Both the position numbers and the translations under genes were made by a program. Below are positions 40,370-50,368 of a stretch of 64,000 bases of DNA, in pieces. Source of the stretch: an uncultured Oligoflexus sp. (GTDB lineage: Bacteria; Bdellovibrionota_B; Oligoflexia; Oligoflexales; Oligoflexaceae); NCBI GenBank assembly GCA_964236955.1, contig CAXSGP010000003.1, positions 24,449-88,448 on the forward strand, in the 5' to 3' direction. The notes under the pieces are model-generated. The model was not told where the DNA came from and made no database searches. It saw only the letters and a program-made list of their open reading frames with translations. The stretch's first letter is position 1; the number at the start of each line of letters is the position of its first letter.

Positions 40370-41851
40370 ATGAGGCTCCTCATGTTGGATAGCTGGATCT
40401 ATGTGTTTGTCATCGACTGGATCGAGCCTTACTGGCCCTATCTTTTGACCGTTCTGACAAGCTTGCTTTCGGTCCTTGCGGCCGGCCATGCCATCATGAC
40501 AAAACGTGATGTGCGATCAGCTCTTGGCTGGTCAGGTTTGGTTCTGCTCTCACCCGGCATCGGTGTTATTCTCTATTTTTGTCTTGGTATCAATCGTGTT
40601 CGGAGAAAGGCTTTGGCCCTGCGTGATACCCGGACCCGCATGCCGAGTGGATTCTATCGCTATGCCGTCGATCCCACCGAAACTGCGGATCGTTACGGCA
40701 ATGATGGCGAGACGCTGCTGCAAATCGCCAAAACTCTCGGCTTTGTAAGCGGAAAACCGCTGTTGCGTGGTAACCAGATCGATATCTTAAGGAACGGCGA
40801 AGAAGCTTATCCGGCTATGCTGCAGGCGATCCACGCAGCGAAGCAATCGATTGGTTTGCAGTCCTATATCTTCGATTCCGATCGTCTGGGTCTCGAGTTT
40901 GTCGATGCGCTCGAACTTGCCGTGAGACGAGGGGTAAGTGTCCGGGTATTGATCGATGGCATCGGCGTCCGCTATTCGTTTCGCCCCGTGCACACCCTGC
41001 TGCGTGCCCGAAATATTCCCACAGCTCTGTTTATTCCCGTGCGTAATATCAAGGTCCTCAATCTCAGAACCCACCGAAAGATCATGGTCGTCGATAGTCA
41101 AATCGCCTTTACCGGCGGCATGAATATACGGGTCAATCATATCGTGAGCGAAGCCTCCCGTGAACCGACCGTCGATATCCATTTTCGGGTGCAGGGACCT
41201 GTCGTGCAGCAGCTGCAGGAGGTGTTCGCGGACGACTGGAATTTTGCCACCGGCGAGATTCTGAATGGGCCACGTTGGGTCTCGCCCCTGACTATGCACG
41301 GAACGATTTTTGCCCGCGGCATAGCGGATGGTCCCGATGAAAGTGTAAGTGCGTTGGCCTTGACGCTTCACGCAGCGATTTCGGCAGCTAAAAAGAAGAT
41401 CCGGGTGGTGACGCCTTATTTCGTGCCTGACATCACCTTGCTCAGTGCGCTGGGGGTTGCCGCCTGTCGCGGAATCGAGGTTGATATCATAATTCCCCTG
41501 CATGGGAACCTTCCACTCGTCGAGTGGGCGGCATGGTCACAGCTTCAGGAAATATTGAGTTATGGCTGCCGTGTGTGGTTAACGCCTTCCCCCTTCGATC
41601 ATTCCAAGTTGATGACTGTCGATGGACTTTGGACCTTATTCGGCTCGAGCAATTGGGACGCTCGATCCTTGAGGCTGAATTTTGAGCATAACATAGAGGC
41701 TCATGACCAATTCTTCGCGCAAAAAATCGATGCCATCATCGAAGAAAAGATTGCCAGGTCGCAGCCCCTGACCCTGGAACAGGTGGAGCATAGACCATTT
41801 TGGATGAAGTTTCGTGATAGCCTGGCCAGACTGGGGTCGCCCTACCTGTGA
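40370..41851 (+). CDS. cls: Cardiolipin synthase (ClsA type)
   Basis: Two N-terminal TMs, HRK.MVVD and HSK.MTVD HKD motifs, RSLRLNFE. Confidence 0.92.
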   Translation: MRLLMLDSWIYVFVIDWIEPYWPYLLTVLTSLLSVLAAGHAIMTKRDVRSALGWSGLVLLSPGIGVILYFCLGINRVRRKALALRDTRTRMPSGFYRYAVDPTETADRYGNDGETLLQIAKTLGFVSGKPLLRGNQIDILRNGEEAYPAMLQAIHAAKQSIGLQSYIFDSDRLGLEFVDALELAVRRGVSVRVLIDGIGVRYSFRPVHTLLRARNIPTALFIPVRNIKVLNLRTHRKIMVVDSQIAFTGGMNIRVNHIVSEASREPTVDIHFRVQGPVVQQLQEVFADDWNFATGEILNGPRWVSPLTMHGTIFARGIADGPDESVSALALTLHAAISAAKKKIRVVTPYFVPDITLLSALGVAACRGIEVDIIIPLHGNLPLVEWAAWSQLQEILSYGCRVWLTPSPFDHSKLMTVDGLWTLFGSSNWDARSLRLNFEHNIEAHDQFFAQKIDAIIEEKIARSQPLTLEQVEHRPFWMKFRDSLARLGSPYL

Positions 41852-42087
41852 GGACAGATCCGCCGCGCGCGAAGGGAAATGGGCTATCAGCTCGATACCA
41901 TTCCCGACGGTTAAGGATAAAGCCACAGCACGCTACTCCAGGTCATTTTGTCCAAAATTTCACGGAAGCCTGAATCGGCCGCCCTAAATGAGCCATACTA
42001 AGCCGGTCGGGCGCTGTTTGGCTCTTGCCAATTGAGGCGAAGATAGGCATTCTGCGACTCGTTTTACTTTCAAGAAAAGAGGGTACC

Positions 42088-43047
42088 ATGACCCAGAAGT
42101 GCGGCTATATAGCGATACTCGGACGTCCTAATGCAGGCAAGAGTTCGCTTCTAAACACCCTGGTCGGGCAAAAGATCGCCGGGGTCAGTAACAAACCTCA
42201 GACGACACGAGCCCGCATCCTGGGTATTCGCATTCAAGATACCGTTCAGATGCTCTTTCTTGATACCCCCGGTATTCATCGGACTGTGAAGAAAGTCGCT
42301 TTGAATTCCCTTATGAATAAAGCTGCCTGGTCGGTACTTGATCAGGCCGATCTGGTTATCTATTTGCTTGATGCGGAAGAAGACAGCTTCGAGCCCGACT
42401 ACGAGTTCTTCAAAAACGTCTTGAAATCGGCGCAGGGGCCCGTGCTCCTTTGCCTGAACAAGACGGACAAAGTAAAGCGTGAACTGCTCGACAGCCCTAT
42501 CCATCGCTGTCAGCAGATGATGGCTTCTGCCAGGGATGAGGTCGGCCCGGCAGCCGGAGCCCTTTTGGTTGGTGATTATCCCTTCCTTATTTCAGCGAAG
42601 CGCAAAGAGAGCCTTGAGGAAATCCTTGCTATCGTGTCCCAGAAGCTTCCCCCCGGTCCGTGGCTCTATCCTTCCGACGATCTAACGGACCGCTCGCAAA
42701 AATTTGTTTGTTCCGAACTTATACGCGAGCAAGCTTTCCGCTGCCTTGGCGCGGAATTGCCTTACCATCTGGCCGTTAAGGTTGATACTATAGTATTTAA
42801 CCCTGGAATCGTCTGCATCGATGCCCTGATCATTGTCGGACGCCAACAGCACAAAGGCATTGTGGTTGGTAAAGCCGGCTCCAAGATTAAAGAACTCGGT
42901 AGCAAAGCGCGTCAGAGTCTGGAAAAACATTTCGAACAAAAGGTTTTCCTTGAGCTCGAAGTGACGGTCGATGCCGATTGGGTCAATGATCCCCATTCCG
43001 TCTCGAATTATGCGGAACTGGACGTTCTTGACGAACACCCCATTTAA
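42088..43047 (+). CDS. era: GTPase Era
   Basis: GRPNAGKS, PQTTR, DTPG, NKTD, ELPY, KH domain. Confidence 0.96.
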   Translation: MTQKCGYIAILGRPNAGKSSLLNTLVGQKIAGVSNKPQTTRARILGIRIQDTVQMLFLDTPGIHRTVKKVALNSLMNKAAWSVLDQADLVIYLLDAEEDSFEPDYEFFKNVLKSAQGPVLLCLNKTDKVKRELLDSPIHRCQQMMASARDEVGPAAGALLVGDYPFLISAKRKESLEEILAIVSQKLPPGPWLYPSDDLTDRSQKFVCSELIREQAFRCLGAELPYHLAVKVDTIVFNPGIVCIDALIIVGRQQHKGIVVGKAGSKIKELGSKARQSLEKHFEQKVFLELEVTVDADWVNDPHSVSNYAELDVLDEHPI

Positions 43048-43123
43048 GCATAGTCAGCCAGGGTCTGTCCGGAAATGGGGTTGGCAAGGGGCGAGGCAGA
43101 AAAAATGCGAAGTTTATTCCCCA

Positions 43124-43150
43124 TAAATAAGCATTTTTTTCTGCCGATGA
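43124..43150 (+). promoter_or_regulatory. sigma28-like promoter upstream of murA
   Basis: TAAA-N15-GCCGATGA, near-consensus for FliA. Confidence 0.6.
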
Positions 43151-43216
43151 AACGCAGCCATCGCCTTTTCCGGACCGACGCTCGTTAACTTCAGCTTCGA
43201 ACACAAGGAGAGGTTC

Positions 43217-44545
43217 ATGCAGAAGCCAGCTCAGCGACTCCGCATCACAGGCGGCAAGCGATTGACCAAAGGCGAGATCACGATCGCCGGGAGTTCGAAT
43301 CAGGTTACCAAAGCCATTATTGCCGCTCTTACCACAGACGAGCCCGTCCTGATCAAAGGCGCTCCCGATGTCGACGAACGCAAGATCGTTGAGAATCTCT
43401 TTCAATTCCTTGGCGGTTCGGTGCGGGTTCTTGATAGCGATGTGATCGAAGTATGTGCCAAGGGCGTTGATAAATGGGCGATTCCCGAAGAGCTCTGCCG
43501 CAAAAACCGAATCGCTGTCCTGTGTGCGGGACCTTTGCTGCAGCGCTTTGGTAAGGTGAGTTTTTATGGCGCTCTCGGTGGGGATAAGATAGGCAAAAGA
43601 CCCGTCAATTATCATGTCGATGGTCTCGCCCAGATGGGTGCGCAGGTGGAACAGGTCGGCAACCAGTATCATCTTTCCGTCGATGAGACCGGACTGCGTG
43701 GCGCTCATATTAAAATGCCATTTCCCTCGGTCATGACCACCGAAAGCCTGCTCATAACTGCCGCCAAGGCTCGCGGTCGAACCATCATTGAAAACTCAGC
43801 GATTGAACCCGAAATCATCGAACTCTGTAAGATGCTGCAAAAGATGGGCGCCGATATCACCCAGACCCCAAATCGAACCTTCATCATTGAAGGCGTTGAA
43901 ACGCTCAAGGGTTGTGAAATGCGCTGCATGTTCGATAGAAACCAGGCGGTTTCCTTTGCCGCAGCAGCCCTGGCAACGGGCGGGGACGTTTTGCTTGAAG
44001 GCGTTGACCATGGACCTGTCTATGGTTTCCTAAATTTCATTCAGCGCATGGGCGGCGAGTTTACTGTCAATTCTAAAGGTGTTTTTGTCAAAGCACCCCT
44101 CGGTCGCCTTCGGGGCGCTCACATTGAAGTGGAAGTGCATCCCGGATTCATGACGGATTGGCAGCAGGCCTACATGGTCCTTCTCACACAGGCCGAAGGT
44201 ATCAGCATACTCCATGAAACTGTGTTTGAAGAGCGGCTCGGCTATACCTCCTTTCTCAATGAGATGGGCGCGAAGATCACGGTGACCAGCAAATGCCTTG
44301 GTGAATCAAGCTGTCGCTTTCGCAATACCAACTATATCCACTCGGCTATTATTCAAGGGCCTACGGAATTAGTGGGACGTGATTTTGCTTTGCCTACCGA
44401 TATCCGTGCCGGCAAATGTCTGGTCATCGCCGGCCTGGTGGCAAAGGGCGTGACCCAGCTCTCAAACTTTCATGAAGTTACCCGCAAGTACGATAATCTC
44501 GTACCGAAACTCCAGGCTATGGGCGGCGACATCGAGATCATTTGA
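43217..44545 (+). CDS. murA: UDP-N-acetylglucosamine 1-carboxyvinyltransferase (Asp-type)
   Basis: GGD.IG.RP, PSV.TTE, EPEI, PGFMTD.Q, FE.R, DIRAG. Confidence 0.93.
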   Translation: MQKPAQRLRITGGKRLTKGEITIAGSSNQVTKAIIAALTTDEPVLIKGAPDVDERKIVENLFQFLGGSVRVLDSDVIEVCAKGVDKWAIPEELCRKNRIAVLCAGPLLQRFGKVSFYGALGGDKIGKRPVNYHVDGLAQMGAQVEQVGNQYHLSVDETGLRGAHIKMPFPSVMTTESLLITAAKARGRTIIENSAIEPEIIELCKMLQKMGADITQTPNRTFIIEGVETLKGCEMRCMFDRNQAVSFAAAALATGGDVLLEGVDHGPVYGFLNFIQRMGGEFTVNSKGVFVKAPLGRLRGAHIEVEVHPGFMTDWQQAYMVLLTQAEGISILHETVFEERLGYTSFLNEMGAKITVTSKCLGESSCRFRNTNYIHSAIIQGPTELVGRDFALPTDIRAGKCLVIAGLVAKGVTQLSNFHEVTRKYDNLVPKLQAMGGDIEII

Positions 44546-44598
44546 TGCCATCGTTTTTTAAGACCCGGGAAATCTTAAGGTGATCAGGAGACAAGGAC

Positions 44599-45189
44599 AT
44601 GAGGCGCCGGCATTGTATCCTGTTGAATCTGACTTTGCTCCTCTCCTGTCGCGAGTCCAGCGACCTGACGTCGCAAACTATTATAACGGGCGCCTGGACG
44701 TCGGCCTGTCTTCCTAGCGAGGGCAGCAATAAAACCTCTCAGATTCGTTATAACTTTGGCGATAATCACACAGTTGTTCGCAAACAGGTATTTTATTCCG
44801 ACGGCAGCTGTGGCGATGCCGAGGGTGAGATTTCGCATCGGGGCGCTTATTCCCTCGAAGTCCGTACCGAAGTTTCTGTTTATAATATCGACATGTTTTT
44901 TAGCGATGTCAGGGCTACTCCCCTATCGATAGCAGGAGTTAGCGACTGGAGAGCACAAGGTTTTTGCGGCACTGCCGACTGGGAACTCAATCTGGCAAAA
45001 AATATTTCAGGCCTCAAAGCAGCCGAATGCCTAAGTTTTGGCACGAAGCGAATCGAATACCGTGATCTTGTTGAACTGACTCCAGATCAACGACTTAGCT
45101 TTGCGTCCACTCTTTCGAATCTGACGCCAAGGCCCTCGGCGATGCCGCCAACCAATCCCTTGGGTGACTTTTCTCGTGACTCTCCCTAA
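44599..45189 (+). CDS. Hypothetical lipoprotein
   Basis: AGGA RBS, lipobox LLSC, G.W.S.C, YSD..C. Confidence 0.75.
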   Translation: MRRRHCILLNLTLLLSCRESSDLTSQTIITGAWTSACLPSEGSNKTSQIRYNFGDNHTVVRKQVFYSDGSCGDAEGEISHRGAYSLEVRTEVSVYNIDMFFSDVRATPLSIAGVSDWRAQGFCGTADWELNLAKNISGLKAAECLSFGTKRIEYRDLVELTPDQRLSFASTLSNLTPRPSAMPPTNPLGDFSRDSP

Positions 45190-45282
45190 GATTTGTTACT
45201 TTATTCCTGATTTCAATCAGGTAAGCTCTTTGCATAGCCGCGATTGGGACCGATCCCTATGCGCTCAAAGGAGTTTTCGTCT

Positions 45283-45885
45283 ATGAAAAAGCTGTCCCTC
45301 CCTTTCGGTTTGCTCCTCATTCTTGCTGGCAGTTCGGTCACCTCCTGCGGGCTGCAATCCATTCCCCAAGCAAAAAATGGCGTGGAAGCTTCTTTGGCCG
45401 AAGTCACCAATCAATACAAAAGACGCTCGGATTTGATACCGAACCTGGTCAACGTGGTCAAAGGTTATGCCGCCCATGAAAAGGATACCCTGACGGCCGT
45501 TATAGAAGCACGCGCAAAGGCTAGCCAGGTCACTGTCGATGCCGGCAGCATCGCTCCTGAAAAACTGCAGCAATATATGGCCGCTCAGGGTCAGTTGAGT
45601 CAAGCCTTAGGCCGACTGATGGTGGTCTCTGAAAAATATCCTGATTTAAAGGCCAATGAGAATTTTAAGGACCTATCCGTCCAACTCGAAGGAACTGAAA
45701 ACCGTATCACGATCGCTCGCCAGCGCTATATTGAAACGATCAAAGGCTTTAACGATTTAATTACGGTTCCGCCGACCAGTTTTACCAATTCGCTCGTCTA
45801 TCATTATGAAAAAATGCCTCAGTGGACAGTCGATGAATCCGAAAGGAAACAGATTGAATCGGCACCTAAAGTCGAGTTTAAATAA
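45283..45885 (+). CDS. lemA: LemA family lipoprotein
   Basis: QY.RR.DLIPNLV, YPDLKA, LEGTENRI. Confidence 0.95.
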   Translation: MKKLSLPFGLLLILAGSSVTSCGLQSIPQAKNGVEASLAEVTNQYKRRSDLIPNLVNVVKGYAAHEKDTLTAVIEARAKASQVTVDAGSIAPEKLQQYMAAQGQLSQALGRLMVVSEKYPDLKANENFKDLSVQLEGTENRITIARQRYIETIKGFNDLITVPPTSFTNSLVYHYEKMPQWTVDESERKQIESAPKVEFK

Positions 45886-46622
45886 TGAGAAATTTGGCAT
45901 TTTTCGCCTGGTTTTGGTGGCTTTGCTCGACTGTCGGCGTGGCCGCGCCGGTGATTCCGGCCTTGACCGATCCGGTCATGGACCAGGCCGGTTTATTGCA
46001 AACGGACGCCAAGCAGTTTTTGAATGCGGAACTGCGGCGCCTGCAGGATAGCGGTGGCAGTCAGATCGCGGTTCTGATCATTCCAACTTTGGATGGTGAG
46101 GACATCACCTCCTTTTCAATCAAGGTAAGCGACCAGTGGAAGCTTGGAACGGCGGCAAAGGACAATGGTGTTCTTTTGCTCATGGCGGTCCAGGAACGAA
46201 AGCTGCGCATTGAGGTCGGTCAGGGGAACGAGGGCGTTTTAACCGATCTTCAGGCCAGCCGAATCATTCGTCAGGGCATCAGTCCTCTCTTTAAAAGCGG
46301 TGACTACGATAGCGGTATCATCTCAGGTATTGCCAGCATCATTGCGCTCACTGATCCCAGCTTTGAATTGTCGGGGGGAGTGGTAAAGCCTGCAAGAGTG
46401 GAACGGCATCCTAAAGAGCACAACGCGTTTCCGTTCATCGTTTTTTTCATCATTATCATCATTGTGATGATGTCGGGTCGCCGGGGCGGGCGTGGTGGTG
46501 GATTGGGTGGGGGCCTAATCGGTGCATTTGGAGCCGGCGGTGGGTTTGGACGGGGAGGTGGTGGCGGCTTCGGTGGCGGTGGCGGTGGATTTTCGGGTGG
46601 AGGAGCATCAGGGGAATGGTAA
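45885..46622 (+). CDS. TPM domain protein (YgcG-like) with Gly-rich tail
   Basis: V.D.A.LL, QIAV, DNGVLL, RIEVG.G.EG, GGGASG.W. Confidence 0.93.
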   Translation: MRNLAFFAWFWWLCSTVGVAAPVIPALTDPVMDQAGLLQTDAKQFLNAELRRLQDSGGSQIAVLIIPTLDGEDITSFSIKVSDQWKLGTAAKDNGVLLLMAVQERKLRIEVGQGNEGVLTDLQASRIIRQGISPLFKSGDYDSGIISGIASIIALTDPSFELSGGVVKPARVERHPKEHNAFPFIVFFIIIIIVMMSGRRGGRGGGLGGGLIGAFGAGGGFGRGGGGGFGGGGGGFSGGGASGEW

Positions 46623-47278
46623 AAGATATACCTGCGTGGTTGACAAAGGCACTTGATTTAGAAGGTGCCCTTGCCATTGAAAAGACGGTTAAGGAAGCAG
46701 AGATGACGACGGCAGGGGAAATCGTGCCTCTGATCGTTCAAGGATCGACAGTGAACGCCTCGGCGCCATTGCTTGCAGTTTTCATTGGTGGTTTTTTGGT
46801 TCTGACTATCAAACATGGCTTTTGGCTTTATGAGCTTTCTGGCTATAATTCGATCGGGATCTGGTCGGCACTTTTTGCGGCGACCGTATGCGCGGGCTTT
46901 TCCTTTGGCATGAGCCCAATGGGCCAGATGGTCCTTACACCCCGTTGGGAAAAACGCCGCCAGGTGCAGCAGAGAGCTTTGCTGGCGTTTTATGAGGCCG
47001 GTCTCAATCATACTCAAGGACGCACGGGAATTCTGCTTTTTGTATCCTGGCGCGAGCGGCAGGCCGTAGTGCTGGCTGATGAAGGAATAGCGAAATTTTG
47101 CCAGGTGGCGGCCTTTCAGGACGTCGTCGCCGAATTGGTAAAGGGTGCAAAAGAAAGGCAAGTCGTCGCAGGATTTTGTCGCGCCGTGACGATGAGCGCT
47201 GCTATCTTAGCCAGGCATATTCCGCGAAGGCCTGATGACGTCAATGAACTTAAGGATTATTTGCGGATCATTGATTAG
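46616..47278 (+). CDS. TPM domain membrane protein
   Basis: AE..T.GEIV, T..RTG.L.F, ADEGI, D.NEL; usual third gene of the lemA operon. Confidence 0.88.
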   Translation: MVKDIPAWLTKALDLEGALAIEKTVKEAEMTTAGEIVPLIVQGSTVNASAPLLAVFIGGFLVLTIKHGFWLYELSGYNSIGIWSALFAATVCAGFSFGMSPMGQMVLTPRWEKRRQVQQRALLAFYEAGLNHTQGRTGILLFVSWRERQAVVLADEGIAKFCQVAAFQDVVAELVKGAKERQVVAGFCRAVTMSAAILARHIPRRPDDVNELKDYLRIID

Positions 47279-47739
47279 AGCTTGCTTGAGGAGGGTGCGG
47301 CCGTTAACGCCTTGCGAAAGGTATAGGACGTTTTGCTAATCCGGTAATTTAGTTTTTGGTAAAATCGATGGGCTTCGCTCCGGCTGGTCTGAGAACTTAG
47401 GGTAATCCCATTCACCAAGGGCATGGACCAGGCTTCCGCCGCCTCGACCAATTTTTTCCCAAGCCCCTGACCCCGCGAGGATTCGTCTACGATCAAGGCT
47501 CTTATTTCCGCCTGGGTTTCTGTTTCTATACTTTCATTGATTCGAACATGAACCCAGCCCAAGATCTGGGTTGGGTTTGATGCTTCATGGGCAACGAGTA
47601 GGGCATGGTCGGTTCTTCCCTCCAGGCCCATGATTCTCTGGCCAACGGAATAAGCTGTTGTTGGATAGCCAAGATCCCCGGATAATTCGGCTATTCTTTT
47701 CGCGTCGTTTGATGTCATAGGCCGTATCGAAAATTTCAT
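47275..47739 (-). CDS. GNAT family N-acetyltransferase
   Basis: LGYP, RGQGLG, AH.FY motifs. Confidence 0.9.
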   Translation of the reverse strand: MKFSIRPMTSNDAKRIAELSGDLGYPTTAYSVGQRIMGLEGRTDHALLVAHEASNPTQILGWVHVRINESIETETQAEIRALIVDESSRGQGLGKKLVEAAEAWSMPLVNGITLSSQTSRSEAHRFYQKLNYRISKTSYTFRKALTAAPSSSKL

Positions 47740-47834
47740 GCTAAACTCACCCGGACCAATGGCGCTCTATTCGCAGTGAAATAAGGTCAAAAAGAAAGCC
47801 TATTTAATCGTGAAAAGGCCGGATTTTTTGATTC

Positions 47835-48878
47835 TTAGGACAACGATCGGGCTGCCGTCCGCAAAAGCTCGGCAGTTTCTTCCCAAGGAATGCATGCATC
47901 CGTTATCGATTGTCCATAGATGAGTGGACCTTTGCCCAGATCCTGGCGCCCTGCAAGCAGATGGCTTTCCAACATGACGCCGAGCAATGAATTTTTACGC
48001 CCTTTCATTTGTTCGGCAACATTCAGTAGCACTTCTCCCTGGCGTCGATAGTCCTTATTGCTATTGCCATGACTGCAGTCAACCATGATTAAGCGTTGTT
48101 TGGCGGGCTTGCCGATACGATTCCAACAGTCTTCGACGAAAGACTCGGCATAATTGGGACCGCTACTGCCACCTCGCAGGATAACATGCACATCGGGGTT
48201 GCCGGTGGTGGCGACGACGGCTGTCATACCGTTGGTGTCGATACCGAGGAAGTGATGAGAGTGGCGGGCAGAGGTCATGGCATCCAGTGCTACCTGCAGG
48301 CCTCCATCCGTGGCATTTTTAAACCCGACGGGCATCGACAGTCCGCTGGCCATTTCCCGATGGGTTTGGCTTTCTGTTGTGCGCGCTCCTATGGCGGCCC
48401 AGCTCACGAGGTCTGCAATATACTGCGGTACGATCGGATCTAAAAATTCAGTAGCGGCCGGAAGGCCGAGCCTGGTGACTTCTTTTAAAAATTCTCGCGC
48501 CCTGGACAATCCGGTATGGATGTCGTGTGAACCATCGAGATGGGGATCGTTGATCAGACCTTTCCAGCCTACGGTTGTGCGAGGTTTCTCAAAGTACACA
48601 CGCATCACTATATAGATCCTGTCCTTAAGTTCGTCACGGAGCTTGGCCAGGCGTTCCGCATATTCACGCCCGGCTTGTTCGTCATGTATTGAGCAAGGTC
48701 CGAGGATACACAGCATCCGTTGATCCTCACCCGCCAGAATCCGACAAATATCGCTGCGAAAGGCGGCAACCCGCTCAATAAGGATAGGCTCCGCCGGAAT
48801 TTGCTTTTTAAGGTCCGAAGGCGAGGGCAGGGCTAGAAATTCGCTTACGCGGGTGTTGTCAATTTTAATCATAAGCAT
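47835..48878 (-). CDS. aroF: DAHP synthase, class I-alpha (AroF/G/H family)
   Basis: GPCSIHD, RVYFEKPRT, IGARTTESQ.HRE, DCSHGNS, SITDAC; feedback type not determinable. Confidence 0.95.
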   Translation of the reverse strand: MLMIKIDNTRVSEFLALPSPSDLKKQIPAEPILIERVAAFRSDICRILAGEDQRMLCILGPCSIHDEQAGREYAERLAKLRDELKDRIYIVMRVYFEKPRTTVGWKGLINDPHLDGSHDIHTGLSRAREFLKEVTRLGLPAATEFLDPIVPQYIADLVSWAAIGARTTESQTHREMASGLSMPVGFKNATDGGLQVALDAMTSARHSHHFLGIDTNGMTAVVATTGNPDVHVILRGGSSGPNYAESFVEDCWNRIGKPAKQRLIMVDCSHGNSNKDYRRQGEVLLNVAEQMKGRKNSLLGVMLESHLLAGRQDLGKGPLIYGQSITDACIPWEETAELLRTAARSLS

Positions 48879-49134
48879 CCATTCTAAGTAGCACCTGACG
48901 TGCGGACTCTGGCGTGAGGCAACTTTGTAAGCCAGTGTAAAGGCGTCTCGCCATTTTTGACAAGGATAACTTGTCCAGCATTGGGAAAAATGAAGGCGTG
49001 CTTGCGAGCGGGCTCGGTAGAGTGGGACAAAATTCTAGGTTGTTAGGCGATTCGAGATGGCGAGTGTGCTCTCATAAGCCTCGCCTTATCCGTGCCATCC
49101 TATCGAATCTAGGGACGCTTTTTTGCGAAATTCC

Positions 49135-49503
49135 TCATATTTGACTTAAGCTCGGGGCGTTCTGAATATTTTGGCGAGCTTTCCTTACTCGTACGGGACT
49201 CGTAATGGCCATAACGTCCAGGGTGGAATTGCTTAGTGAGCTGACATCAAAGCTACTAGGGGGATGTTCATAAATAATGCACGGCATTTTATGCGCAACC
49301 GCCAGCTCACTTAACACCTCTCGGACTCCTGTAATAAGATAGGCGCATTTTTCAATAGTCCATTTCTCTTGATAGTTATCCACTTTCCCCGAGATCGATA
49401 CAAGACCGTCTTTCACAGTTATCCTGATTTCCTCAATCGCATGCTTCGCGTTTAATTTAATAAGTTCCAGGATTTTGTTCCGTATCTGTGTGTCGTTTCT
49501 CAT
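49135..49503 (-). CDS. BON domain protein
   Basis: D.QI...I, I.V.DG.V.ISG.V, GV.EV...L.V. Confidence 0.8.
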   Translation of the reverse strand: MRNDTQIRNKILELIKLNAKHAIEEIRITVKDGLVSISGKVDNYQEKWTIEKCAYLITGVREVLSELAVAHKMPCIIYEHPPSSFDVSSLSNSTLDVMAITSPVRVRKARQNIQNAPSLSQI

Positions 49504-50368
49504 TTGCCATCTCCGTAAAAATTTAATCGGGTTTATCTCTTTTCTTCACTTTTCCGGCCAGTTCATTAAGTTCCAGGATGCTTTTAGACGGTTCAGAATA
49601 TTCCATGATCGATGTGCTATTCAAGTGCTGCCATTCTTTCCATGAGCGAGAAGTCTGAGGAATTTTAGCTATAAGTCCCCGTTTATCGCCCTATAAACAC
49701 TGTGGACTTCAACTTATCGATTTGGCGAAACGCTTCAACAAGTTTGACCAACACTTCCATTTTAGTATTGATTTGTCGTGAGCAAGGAGCGCGAGTGCAA
49801 AGGCCTTGCCATTTCTGAAAGGGATTGCCGTCCGCTGTTAAACCTGGCAATCGCTGCCAAAATGAATGAGATTGCCTAGGCGGAGGTGGTCAACTCCAGA
49901 CCGTCAGCGCTTCCGTTCAAGGTCCGGTTCCTTACGGAAAATGAGACGGCAAAGTACAACTGTTTAGAAAAAATGGGGTCTGAAGGATGCTTAATCCCAC
50001 TCTCACCAATAAACACTATTTCGGGCGATTATCGGCAAACATGCTTAAAAGTAAAGGTGCCTTGCTTGAAGGCCAATGCGTATCGCCGGACGCCAGCAGG
50101 CTTCCTTTCTCATCGGGAAAATTTCACTAAAATTTTAAGTATGAATTTTTCTATCAGCGACGACGATGGGCTTCTTGGATTCCCAATCGAAGGCAAATCC
50201 TTCGCCGCGGTTTTGCTGAAACGGAATCAGTTCTGAAAAAATCGGATATAAGCCTTTGGATTGACAAGAAAAGTTCAATGTGTTTCGACAATAAATGAAC
50301 CTTGATTTAATTTCGGGCGCAGCCGACCGAGAGAGTTTTTGTGAGAAGTATTGTTAACGAGGGATTCC

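Noticed and set aside
46480..46620. G-rich repeats as a G4 or tandem repeat
   Set aside because: Explained by the normal Gly-rich tail of TPM proteins
48920..48945. TyrR box upstream of the DAHP synthase
   Set aside because: Only TGTAA half-sites, no TTTACA partner at the right spacing
49886..50236. 116-aa ORF upstream of the large lipoprotein
   Set aside because: Has a GGAGG nearby but no recognisable features; cannot be supported without homologs
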